Shown here: piece by piece, positions 19,183 to 28,024 of the stretch
How the letters are laid out: each line of letters opens with the position of its first letter
How positions within the stretch are numbered: position 1 is the first letter of the stretch
DNA from: Acutalibacteraceae bacterium
GTDB taxonomy: Bacteria; Bacillota; Clostridia; Oscillospirales; Acutalibacteraceae
DNA: 64,000 bases
NCBI GenBank assembly: GCA_045651285.1
Contig: JAZRSC010000014.1
Coordinates: forward strand, 26,783 to 90,782
Direction: 5' to 3'
The notes under the pieces: generated by a model
What the model was told of the DNA's origin: nothing
What the model saw: only the letters and a program-made list of their open reading frames with translations
Database searches by the model: none
Position numbers and translations under genes: made by a program

Positions 19183-19533
19183 ATGAAGATTTCTGAAATT
19201 CAAACCATACTCAACGCAGAACTCATTTGTGGTGCAGATTTATTAGAAAGCGAAGTATTCACCGCTTGTGGTAGTGATATGATGAGCGATGTGTTAGCTT
19301 TTGTAAAAGAACAGGCGGTACTTCTTTCTGGTCTTGTTAATCCACAGGTTATAAGAACTGCTGAAATGATGGATATGAAATGTATCGTTTTTGTTCGTGG
19401 TAAGAAACCAAATATTGATATGATTGACCTCGCAACAGAAAGAGATATTGTTCTTTTAAGAACTGATTTAGAAATGTTTACCTCTTGCGGTCTTCTTTAT
19501 AAAAACGGTCTTAAAGGAGGCAGTGGAATCTAA
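19183..19533 (+). CDS. DRTGG domain protein
   Basis: 116 aa. The layout (CGSDMMSDVL...VLLSGLVNPQVIRTAEMMDMKCIVFVRGKKP) resembles DRTGG-domain proteins found next to Fe-hydrogenase regulators. GGAGAG RBS. Confidence 0.55.
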   Translation: MKISEIQTILNAELICGADLLESEVFTACGSDMMSDVLAFVKEQAVLLSGLVNPQVIRTAEMMDMKCIVFVRGKKPNIDMIDLATERDIVLLRTDLEMFTSCGLLYKNGLKGGSGI

Positions 19534-19956
19534 ATGGAAGCAATCAAACTTCATTATGATGTAAGCGGTAATGATTTCACTTGTGCTGGTGAAGCATCTG
19601 GTAAAATAAAACGAGAATTAAAAGGTCTCGGCTTTCCAAATGATATAGTAAGAAATGTTGCAATTGCTGTTTATGAGGGCGAAATAAATATGGTAATCCA
19701 CGCAGGTGGTGGTGTTATAGATGTTGAAATCACCCCCCTATGTATTGCACTTGATTTAATAGATGAAGGCCCGGGTATCCCTGACATATCCCTCGCTATG
19801 AAAGAAGGATTTTCAACTGCGCCCGAAAATGTAAGACAGTTAGGTTTTGGTGCTGGTATGGGCTTACCGAACATAAAAAAATATACCGATGAAATGGTTA
19901 TAGACACTGAAGTGGGTGTCGGCACAACTATTCATCTTAAAGTTTTTGTAAAATAA
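19534..19956 (+). CDS. anti-sigma-factor-like Ser/Thr kinase / GHKL ATPase
   Basis: 140 aa. AVYEGEINMVIHA (N-box-like), DEGPGIPD (G1) and GFGAGMGLPNI (G2). ATG immediately follows the upstream stop. Confidence 0.6.
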   Translation: MEAIKLHYDVSGNDFTCAGEASGKIKRELKGLGFPNDIVRNVAIAVYEGEINMVIHAGGGVIDVEITPLCIALDLIDEGPGIPDISLAMKEGFSTAPENVRQLGFGAGMGLPNIKKYTDEMVIDTEVGVGTTIHLKVFVK

Positions 19957-19980
19957 TTATCTGAAAGGTTTTTACTTATT

Positions 19981-21303
19981 ATGGACGCATTTTTCCATTC
20001 AGTGCGACTTGATAAAGACAAATGTAAAGGCTGTACAAACTGCATTAAGCGTTGTCCTACTCAGGCAATACGAGTTCGTGCAGGTAAAGCCAACATTATA
20101 AAAGAACGATGTATAGATTGTGGTGAATGTATAAGGGTTTGCCCACACCACGCAAAATATGCAAGTCGCGATTCCTTATCTCAAATAGTAAATTACAAAT
20201 ATAGAATAGCACTTCCCGCACCCGCTCTTTATGCACAATTCAACAATTTGGAAGATGTAACACCTATTTTAAGAGCATTACCACTTCTTGGCTTTGATTC
20301 GGTTTTCGAGGTTGCCGCGGCAGCAGAATTAGTTTCAGAAATTTCAAGACGACTTATGAAAGAAGGCACTCTCAAAAAGCCTGTTATTTCATCTGCTTGT
20401 CCTGCAATGGTAAGGCTTATCAGAGTGTGTTTCCCTGATTTATTAGATAATCTTCTCCCTGTAAATCCGCCAGTTGAACAGGCGGCAAGAATTGCAAGAG
20501 AAAAAGCAGTTCGTGATACAGGCTTACGCCCACAAGAAATTGGTGTATTCTTCATTTCCCCTTGCCCCGCTAAAATCACTTCTTTCAAAAGTCCTTTAGG
20601 TATGGGAAAATCTAATGTTGATGGTGCTGTTGGCATAAATGATATTTACCCTGTACTTTTAAAGATTATGGAAAAGAGTGACAAATACGACATACCATCT
20701 GCAGAGCAAAGCTCAGGAAAAATAGGTATAAGCTGGGCTACAAGCGGTGGTGAAACTTCAGGGGTACTTAACGAAAACACACTTGCCGCAGATGGCATAG
20801 AAAACTGTATAAAAATTCTTGAAGAGGTCGAAAACGGTACACTTGACTCAATAGACTTTATTGAACTCAATGCTTGTCAGAATGGTTGTGTTGGTGGTTG
20901 TCTTACTTCTGAAAATCCATTTATAGCAAAATCAAGACTTATGAAGTTAAGAAAATACGCACCTGTTTCGTGTAACACTATAGATGCACCTGGTATTCCA
21001 TCACATTATCTCAAAGAAAGTGAAATATCTCCTTGCGATGATGTTATGAAACTAGCAGACAATGTCTCCGAAGCTATGATGAGAATGAAACGAATGAATG
21101 AACTTTTAGAAGTATTTCCGGGTCTTGATTGTGGCACTTGTGGTGCACCTACTTGCAGAGCATTAGCAGAAGATATTGTTCGTGGTTCCGCCCACGAAGA
21201 TGACTGTGTTTTCAGAATGAAGCAAAACCTTGCTCAAATGAAAAACAGTGATGAATTTGAAAGTCTTATTCCTGCACCATTCAGAGAAACTTCGGAAAAC
21301 TAG
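19981..21303 (+). CDS. HydS-like putative sensory [FeFe]-hydrogenase homologue (2x[4Fe-4S] + H-domain + C-terminal 4-Cys domain)
   Basis: 440 aa. Ferredoxin motifs CKGCTNCIKRCP and CIDCGECIRVCP. H-cluster motifs degenerate to SSACPAM (L1), SPCPAKITS (L2) and ELNACQNGCVGGC (L3). C-terminal CGTCGAPTC...C motif. Confidence 0.7.
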   Translation: MDAFFHSVRLDKDKCKGCTNCIKRCPTQAIRVRAGKANIIKERCIDCGECIRVCPHHAKYASRDSLSQIVNYKYRIALPAPALYAQFNNLEDVTPILRALPLLGFDSVFEVAAAAELVSEISRRLMKEGTLKKPVISSACPAMVRLIRVCFPDLLDNLLPVNPPVEQAARIAREKAVRDTGLRPQEIGVFFISPCPAKITSFKSPLGMGKSNVDGAVGINDIYPVLLKIMEKSDKYDIPSAEQSSGKIGISWATSGGETSGVLNENTLAADGIENCIKILEEVENGTLDSIDFIELNACQNGCVGGCLTSENPFIAKSRLMKLRKYAPVSCNTIDAPGIPSHYLKESEISPCDDVMKLADNVSEAMMRMKRMNELLEVFPGLDCGTCGAPTCRALAEDIVRGSAHEDDCVFRMKQNLAQMKNSDEFESLIPAPFRETSEN

Positions 21304-21645
21304 GTGATTATTTTGACAGTAAAAACTTTATGTGATAAACTTAATTTAAAATATTTATGTAATGAACAAGAAGCAGAAAACCGAGAAATTAACGGTTGCT
21401 ACTGCGGTGACCTTTTAAGTTGGGTTATGTCAAGGGCAAAAGAAGATAATATATGGCTTACAGTTATGGGTAATGTTAATTCAATCGGCGTTGCAGTTTT
21501 AACTGATGTTGCTTGCATAATTCTCACAGAAAATGCTCCACTTGATGATAACGCAAAAGAAAAGGCAACAGAAAACGGCGTTATTGTTCTCACTACCGAA
21601 AAAACATCTTATGAAATTGCCGCGGAGTTTTCAAAATTACAATGA
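21304..21645 (+). CDS. DRTGG domain protein (second copy)
   Basis: 113 aa. CYCGDLLSWVM...WLTVMGNVNSIGVAVLTDVACIILTENAP. GTG start abutting the HydS-like stop. Confidence 0.5.
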   Translation: MIILTVKTLCDKLNLKYLCNEQEAENREINGCYCGDLLSWVMSRAKEDNIWLTVMGNVNSIGVAVLTDVACIILTENAPLDDNAKEKATENGVIVLTTEKTSYEIAAEFSKLQ

Positions 21646-22358
21646 AGCTTTACTACGATTTTCATATCCATTCAGGGCTTAGTCCTTGTGGTGATAACGA
21701 AATGACACCAAACAACATTGTAAATATGGCAAAGCTTTACGATTTGGATGTTATTGCTTTAACTGACCATAACTCCACTTTAAATTGCGAAGCAGTTATG
21801 GAAGCAGGTAAAGAAATAGGACTTACTGTAATTCCCGGAATGGAGCTTTGCACATCTGAAGAAGTGCACATAGTTTGCCTTTTTCCCGATTTAAAAAGCG
21901 CGAAAAAATTCGGTGACTATGTACGCTCTAATCTACCACCAATTAGAAACAAACCAACTGTTTTTGGCGAACAACTTGTTTTTGATAAAAATGACAATGT
22001 ATTAGGATTTGAACACACTTTACTTATAACCGCTTCTACTATAAGCACTAATGAAGCAGTTGAAACTGTTGGTAATTTTAACGGAATATGTTTCCCTGCA
22101 CATATCGATAGAAATTCATATAGCATAATTTCTAATTTAGGTATAATAGATGATAGTTTTGGCTTTAAGTGTGCAGAAGTTTTTGACCTTGAACAATCAG
22201 AAACTCTAAAAAACCAGCATCCGCACTTAAATAATTTAAAAATTCTTTCAAGCTCAGATGCACACTATTTAGAGCATTTAAGACTTAAAGAAAATTTTAT
22301 TGAGACAGAAGAAAATTCAATTGAAGCAATTTTCAATTTTTTAAAATCCCCTTTTTAA
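21642..22358 (+). CDS. PHP-domain metal-dependent phosphoesterase
   Basis: 238 aa. YYDFHIHSGLSPCGD, IALTDHNS, PGMEL and SSSDAHY are PHP-family His/Asp motifs. 4-nt overlap with the upstream gene. Confidence 0.7.
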   Translation: MKLYYDFHIHSGLSPCGDNEMTPNNIVNMAKLYDLDVIALTDHNSTLNCEAVMEAGKEIGLTVIPGMELCTSEEVHIVCLFPDLKSAKKFGDYVRSNLPPIRNKPTVFGEQLVFDKNDNVLGFEHTLLITASTISTNEAVETVGNFNGICFPAHIDRNSYSIISNLGIIDDSFGFKCAEVFDLEQSETLKNQHPHLNNLKILSSSDAHYLEHLRLKENFIETEENSIEAIFNFLKSPF

Positions 22359-22371
22359 AAGGAGTTAAACT

Positions 22372-23880
22372 ATGAGCACAGAAAATCTTACAACCTACGA
22401 TGTAAACAAGCCTATGAGATATGTAGGAAGACGCGAAACCTTTGCCTACATATTAAACGATATAGGCGCAAGTCTTAATATCAACGATTTTAAAGAGCGT
22501 TTTATTTATGATGTTGTTAAAATTGACTTCGGTTACCTCGCAATACAAAATGTTATTGCAACTGTATGGGATTCCATAAATGATACTTTTATAGGCGTTA
22601 CAGTTGACAGAACAAGAACACGATTCGGTAAATTCAAACCTTATGTTCTTTTTGGTGAAATACCGCTTACACTTATCGGTCTTTGTATGTGGTTAATTCC
22701 GTTTATATTTCCGAATACCGCTGCAACTCACCTTCCAAAGTGGCTTTTCTATTTTGCTATGAGCATAGTTACAGAAACCGCTGAAACTTTCACCTCAATA
22801 GCAAAAACAGGATTTCTCGCCACAATAACGCCTGAGCCATTAGAGCGTTCCAGGTTAATTGCCCTTGCAAATGTTACTTCGCACTTAGTTGAAGATTTAC
22901 CAAAGCAAATTTTCGGTATCCTGTTTGACCTTATAGCAAACAAGAAAATAAATCTCCCTTTACAAAACCTGTTTTCAAGTTTTGGTATTGCTTGCGCAGT
23001 CCTTTCAGCTTCATTTACACTTTTCTTTGCAACCACTTCTCGTGAGCGTGTTTCCCAATCAATAAAACAACCTTCCGTAAAGCATTGTCTTAAAGCGGTT
23101 GTGACCAATAAACCGATGCTTATTTATGTGCTTTCTGACTTCCTGTCCGGTTTCAGTGTAGGCTTGAGCAGAACAAACTTCTATATAGATGTTATAGGAT
23201 CTATAACTTGGAAGACGATTGTAGGTATCCCCGCTTTTCCAATTAAATTTATAAGTTACAGTTTCGTTGAACCATTAAGAAAAAGATTTGCAACAAAAAC
23301 CCTCTGGATTTTAGAGGATGCTTGGACAGATATGCTATGGCTTACCGTCTTTGGCATAGGTTCTATAAACAAAAACTTCAAGAAAAAAGGTGTTATTTTA
23401 CCTTTGATGGCAATTGAAGAAATTTTTGAAATGTGCGTTTACGGTTTAAGACGAGTTATTCCTGCTGAAATTCAGAATGAAGCACTTGACTACTGTGAAT
23501 GGAAAAACGGTTATCGTTCCGAAGCTATGATAGGTGTTTCTAAAAGTCTTATTACGAAACTTCAAAGAGCTGTTATGGGTAGCGTAAACAATATTGTTAT
23601 GAATAAAATAGGTTATATTCAAGGACAAGAAATTGGTACACAAACCGATAAAACAAAATGGTGGATTTTCGCACTCGGTACTGGTATTCCGATTATTTCA
23701 TCCTGTCTTGGAATTGTTCCTAAATTATTCTATACCCTTTCTGGTGAAAAGCGTGAAAGAATGTACGCTGACCTTCAAACACAAAGAGCAGAGCTTGCAG
23801 AGTTTATGAAAACTGCAACTCCTGAAGAAATTGAAGAAATGGCAGAAAGACAATTGAATGGTGGCTTCAGTCACAAATAA
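22372..23880 (+). CDS. GPH-family (glycoside-pentoside-hexuronide:cation symporter-like) MFS transporter
   Basis: 502 aa, multi-TM. WDSINDTFIGVTVDRTRTRFGKFKPYVL matches the D..D...G...DRT.T..GK.RP signature of MelB/GPH transporters. Confidence 0.65.
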   Translation: MSTENLTTYDVNKPMRYVGRRETFAYILNDIGASLNINDFKERFIYDVVKIDFGYLAIQNVIATVWDSINDTFIGVTVDRTRTRFGKFKPYVLFGEIPLTLIGLCMWLIPFIFPNTAATHLPKWLFYFAMSIVTETAETFTSIAKTGFLATITPEPLERSRLIALANVTSHLVEDLPKQIFGILFDLIANKKINLPLQNLFSSFGIACAVLSASFTLFFATTSRERVSQSIKQPSVKHCLKAVVTNKPMLIYVLSDFLSGFSVGLSRTNFYIDVIGSITWKTIVGIPAFPIKFISYSFVEPLRKRFATKTLWILEDAWTDMLWLTVFGIGSINKNFKKKGVILPLMAIEEIFEMCVYGLRRVIPAEIQNEALDYCEWKNGYRSEAMIGVSKSLITKLQRAVMGSVNNIVMNKIGYIQGQEIGTQTDKTKWWIFALGTGIPIISSCLGIVPKLFYTLSGEKRERMYADLQTQRAELAEFMKTATPEEIEEMAERQLNGGFSHK

Positions 23881-23896
23881 AATCATAAAACAAAAA

Positions 23897-23926
23897 AATG
23901 GTCTGGCAAATTGCCAGACCATTTTA
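23897..23926. terminator. bidirectional intrinsic terminator
   Basis: ATGGTCTGGCAA-A-TTGCCAGACCAT with an A-run before and a T-run after, between convergent genes. Confidence 0.6.
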
Positions 23927-26900
23927 TTATTTACAAGTAATTCCTTTTGTATCGTAGTAACTGAAATATGAACCAGAAAAGCCTCTTACAGTGTAAGTAT
24001 ATTCAACATCTTCTTCTAATGCATTATCGGTGAAGCTTACATTTTTATTACCGTTGATATCCTGAATAGCAACCCACGAGGTATCTGCAGTTTTTCTATA
24101 AATTCTGTAGCCAGTTGCACCCTCTACCTGTTGATACATAATAACATTACCCTCTGCAGTTTTAATAGCACTTAAAAGCTGAGGTGTTTCAAGATATTTT
24201 ACAGATTTTGATGCAGTATAACTTGAAAGCCATTTTCCACTTACAGCACGAACTGTATATCTATAAGTTACTCCTGAAACAACACTTTTATCCACCCAAG
24301 AAGATTTATTGTACTTTACAGTACCCATATTTTTCCAAGATGACCACTTACCAGTCGTTTCATTATATTGTGAACGATAAATTCTATAACCCTTTGATTG
24401 CAAAGCCTGAGTCCATTTAACATTGACACCATTTGCTACATTTGAAATAGTAACTTTTGGTTCTTTTAAGTAAAGCACACTATTAGATGCTTTGTAACCA
24501 CTTTTACAATTTCCACAAACTGCTCTGACTGTATAACGATATGTTGTACCACTCTGAGCACTCTTATCCACCCAAGAAACTGTTGAGTTTTTCTTGATTG
24601 TACCCATACTTTTCCAGGATGACCACTTTTTATTTACCGCATCATAAGTTGAACGATAAACCGCATAACCTGACGCCGCACTGTTTTTGTTCCAGGAAAC
24701 ATTCACACCAGTACTTGCATTGGCAATTTTAACAGTAGGTGTAGAAAGAATTGCACCAGACCAACCAGTAGTGTTATAAAGTGATAATACCTTACCTTTA
24801 TATGCCCTGATAGTGTAAGTGTATTTCATATTTGTCTTTACACTTTTGTCCATATAAGAAGTAGCTGTAACAGTTGCAATTTTTGTCCAGCTTGTACTGT
24901 TATTTACTTTTCTGTAAACAACATAGCCAGTCGCACCACTTACTTTATTCCAACTGATTTTAATTGCATTTGCACTATTGAGAACATTACCACCAGTCGG
25001 TGTGCCTGGTGTGAATTGTCGTTTGAAACCATCTGAATAATAAGTTGATAGATTGCCATCTTTTGACACAGCTTTTAATGTGTAAATGTAAGTTGTACCA
25101 AGCTTTACATTTTTATCAAGGAATAACAAATTGGTTGTAGTACCAATTTTTTTCCAACCAGACGAGCCTGTTTTTCTGTAAATAACATAATTTTCAGCAC
25201 CATGAACATCTGCCCATTTGATTGTAATACCTTTACCGATTTGTGAATCAAACTTTGTAATTTTTGGAGCCGCAATAAAGTATATTTTATAATTCTGATA
25301 AGCACCACGCCAACCATCTGTCATTGCTCTAACAGTATAAAGATAAGTTTTGCCACTTTCTGCCGTTTTATCTGTGTAGTTTGTTGTCTTTTTATTAACT
25401 GTTGTGAGTGTTACCCAAGTACCATTTTCAAGTCTTCTGTAAATAACATAATTTTCAGCACCTGTTACTTTTGACCACGAAACTTTTACACCATCTACAG
25501 TAATACCAAGTTTAATCGTTGCTACTTTTGACAAAAACACAACAGATTTTACTTCTGATAAACTGCTTTCAAATGTACCATCTTCTGATATAGCTTTAAT
25601 AGCATATTCATAAGTAACACCACTTGAAACATCAGTATCAAGGTATGTTGTAATATTTGAAGATGTAGTCTTTAAAACAACCCACTCGCTTTGTCCTGCA
25701 ACTCTTTTATAGATTATGAAATTGGTTAAATTATCAGTAATTTTCCAGCTGAGCGAAATGCCTGTTGCAGTTAAAGAAGCACCGAGTTCAGATGGCATAT
25801 TCACATAAGTAGCACTTACTGTATTTTCTTCACCAATATAACTTTCTGTGTTATCTTTTACCGCAGTAACAGTGTAATAATATTTCAACCCACTGTTTAC
25901 ATTAGTGTCCCTGTAACTTTGTTCTGTACTCTCCACTGTTGCAATTTTTACCCAGTTACCATCTGTATGACGATAAATATTATAAGAATCAACACCATTT
26001 ACTTTATTCCAATTAACCGTGATTGATTTTGTTTCAGGAGTTGCACTCTCTACAATTGGTGGTAAAATTCTTACAAAGTTATTTGTATATGGGTTACCAA
26101 TACTACCTAAACCGTTCTGGTCAACCGCAGTTATTGAATATGAATACTCACTTAAATTATCTACCCATACATCCACAAGTGAAGTTACACTCACTTCTGC
26201 TATAACCTCTGCTACACCTGAATTATTTGTAATTCTTCTGACTATATAATACTCTGCATTTTTTGATGATTCCCAAGTCACCTTAAGACCATTCATAACA
26301 TTCTGTATACTCACATTTTTTGGTGAACGCAAGAAATACACTGAATAACCAATAGTAGCTTTCGGACTTTCAGATTCACCAATTGTTGCGGTCACTGCAT
26401 AATCGTAATAACCACCTTCGACAGTACCATCTTTAAATGTTGTAGCAGCATTAGTTATACTACCTACATTTTGCCACTCTGTTTCTGCAGTTAATTTTCT
26501 ATAAATAGTATAACCCGTCGCACCATGAACACTTTGCCAATTAACAATTACACCATCTGCAACTGATTCAAGAGAAATCAAAACTGGTGACGCAAGAAAG
26601 GCAATTGTAGCATTTGTGTTATAACTGCTTGAGGTATTGCCATTAACTGCTTTTACTGTATAAAAATATGTTGTGCCATTTAAAACATCAGTATCAAGAT
26701 AATTTAAGCTTGTTGTAGTTTCAATAAGTTGCCATTCTTTTGTTACATCTGCCTTGCGGTAAACCTCATATTTTTGTGCACCGCCAACATAATTCCAATT
26801 AAGTGAAACACCCTCTGCAGTATTTATAACTGACATAAATTCAGGAGACACTAAAAATGTATGAGAAACGCTACTTGCACCTATAGTTGATATTACATTT

Positions 26901-27931
26901 CCGTTTTCTACCGCAATTGCATATTTATATGTAGTATTGCTCTCTATGGTTTTGTCTTCATAATAGAGCCTTTCTGACGCAGTTTTTTCAATAAGTTCCC
27001 ATTTTGAAGAGCCCTGACTCTGACGATAAACAAGATAGTTTTCTGCACCGCCGACTTTACTCCACATAACTCTTACTATATCATTGACATTTGTTATTGA
27101 AGTGATTTTTGCCGCTTTCAAATACAACTGTGAAACACCTGTTGAAAAGAAACCGCTATAGCCATAACCATTACCGCATGCTACAGAGTATGTGTATGTT
27201 ACACCACTCTCCACATCTTTATCAAGATACAAAGTCTGTCCATCAGCAACTTCTTTTAAAGTTACCCACACACCTTCATCATCTGCTTTTCTTAAAATAG
27301 TATATTCCTCTGCACCTGCTACTGCTTCCCATCTGAACATTATTCCGTTTTCCATAAGTTCTGCAGAAAGAGGTGTAGGATTATCCAATGTAGAAAACAC
27401 TTCATCTTTAATAAGAACTCTTTCATCTAAAGGCCTTATTTCATTATTTACATTATCATCAGAAGAGTATTGTCTGCAATAAAACTTAACACTTGTTTCT
27501 GGTCTTGCATCTGTAACGACTTTAAAAGTTACTTTGAAAAAGTCTTTATATGTACTGCTGCCTGTAGAAGTACCGACACTGCTTATAAAACCAACTGTAT
27601 AAACATCATCTTTTCCACTTGCGAATCCATTTGTATATACACCAGAAACAGCAGGGACATCATTACCCTCTTCATCTTTTGTATAAACTGGTATAGCAGA
27701 CTTCAACTCTAAAACAGATTTATCAAATTCAATATCAATAATAGCACCATTGAATTTTGTTACATTCGGTTTCAAATTGATAATAAATGAAATCTCACTA
27801 TTTTTCATTCCTGATGATTTAACATCAAAAAAACTTGCTTGTGTACTCGATGCAAACGCAGTAAATGTATTTACACTTATTACAGAAACACACATAATAA
27901 TACACAAAACAATCGCTATAAATCGTTTCAT
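23927..27931 (-). CDS. secreted giant protein: signal peptide + cohesin-like domain + 13 FN3-like repeats
   Basis: 1334 aa. MKRFIAIVLCIIMCVSVISVNTFTAFA signal peptide. Residues about 30-175 (nt about 27407-27844) have the cohesin-like pattern (FNGAIIDIEFDKSVLELK...YTVGFIS...FFKVTFKVV...SVKFY). Then 13 units of about 88 aa with W..V.GA..Y.[IV]YR....W......T..Y.D..V..G..Y.Y.V.A. Confidence 0.7.
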   Translation of the reverse strand: MKRFIAIVLCIIMCVSVISVNTFTAFASSTQASFFDVKSSGMKNSEISFIINLKPNVTKFNGAIIDIEFDKSVLELKSAIPVYTKDEEGNDVPAVSGVYTNGFASGKDDVYTVGFISSVGTSTGSSTYKDFFKVTFKVVTDARPETSVKFYCRQYSSDDNVNNEIRPLDERVLIKDEVFSTLDNPTPLSAELMENGIMFRWEAVAGAEEYTILRKADDEGVWVTLKEVADGQTLYLDKDVESGVTYTYSVACGNGYGYSGFFSTGVSQLYLKAAKITSITNVNDIVRVMWSKVGGAENYLVYRQSQGSSKWELIEKTASERLYYEDKTIESNTTYKYAIAVENGNVISTIGASSVSHTFLVSPEFMSVINTAEGVSLNWNYVGGAQKYEVYRKADVTKEWQLIETTTSLNYLDTDVLNGTTYFYTVKAVNGNTSSSYNTNATIAFLASPVLISLESVADGVIVNWQSVHGATGYTIYRKLTAETEWQNVGSITNAATTFKDGTVEGGYYDYAVTATIGESESPKATIGYSVYFLRSPKNVSIQNVMNGLKVTWESSKNAEYYIVRRITNNSGVAEVIAEVSVTSLVDVWVDNLSEYSYSITAVDQNGLGSIGNPYTNNFVRILPPIVESATPETKSITVNWNKVNGVDSYNIYRHTDGNWVKIATVESTEQSYRDTNVNSGLKYYYTVTAVKDNTESYIGEENTVSATYVNMPSELGASLTATGISLSWKITDNLTNFIIYKRVAGQSEWVVLKTTSSNITTYLDTDVSSGVTYEYAIKAISEDGTFESSLSEVKSVVFLSKVATIKLGITVDGVKVSWSKVTGAENYVIYRRLENGTWVTLTTVNKKTTNYTDKTAESGKTYLYTVRAMTDGWRGAYQNYKIYFIAAPKITKFDSQIGKGITIKWADVHGAENYVIYRKTGSSGWKKIGTTTNLLFLDKNVKLGTTYIYTLKAVSKDGNLSTYYSDGFKRQFTPGTPTGGNVLNSANAIKISWNKVSGATGYVVYRKVNNSTSWTKIATVTATSYMDKSVKTNMKYTYTIRAYKGKVLSLYNTTGWSGAILSTPTVKIANASTGVNVSWNKNSAASGYAVYRSTYDAVNKKWSSWKSMGTIKKNSTVSWVDKSAQSGTTYRYTVRAVCGNCKSGYKASNSVLYLKEPKVTISNVANGVNVKWTQALQSKGYRIYRSQYNETTGKWSSWKNMGTVKYNKSSWVDKSVVSGVTYRYTVRAVSGKWLSSYTASKSVKYLETPQLLSAIKTAEGNVIMYQQVEGATGYRIYRKTADTSWVAIQDINGNKNVSFTDNALEEDVEYTYTVRGFSGSYFSYYDTKGITCK

Positions 27932-28024
27932 TTTCGGTTACACCACCCTAGAAAATCAATTTTTGTAATACTCTTTTTCAAGCTAAATTGTGTTATCCCC
28001 CTAAAAATCATAGGGGGATATTTT

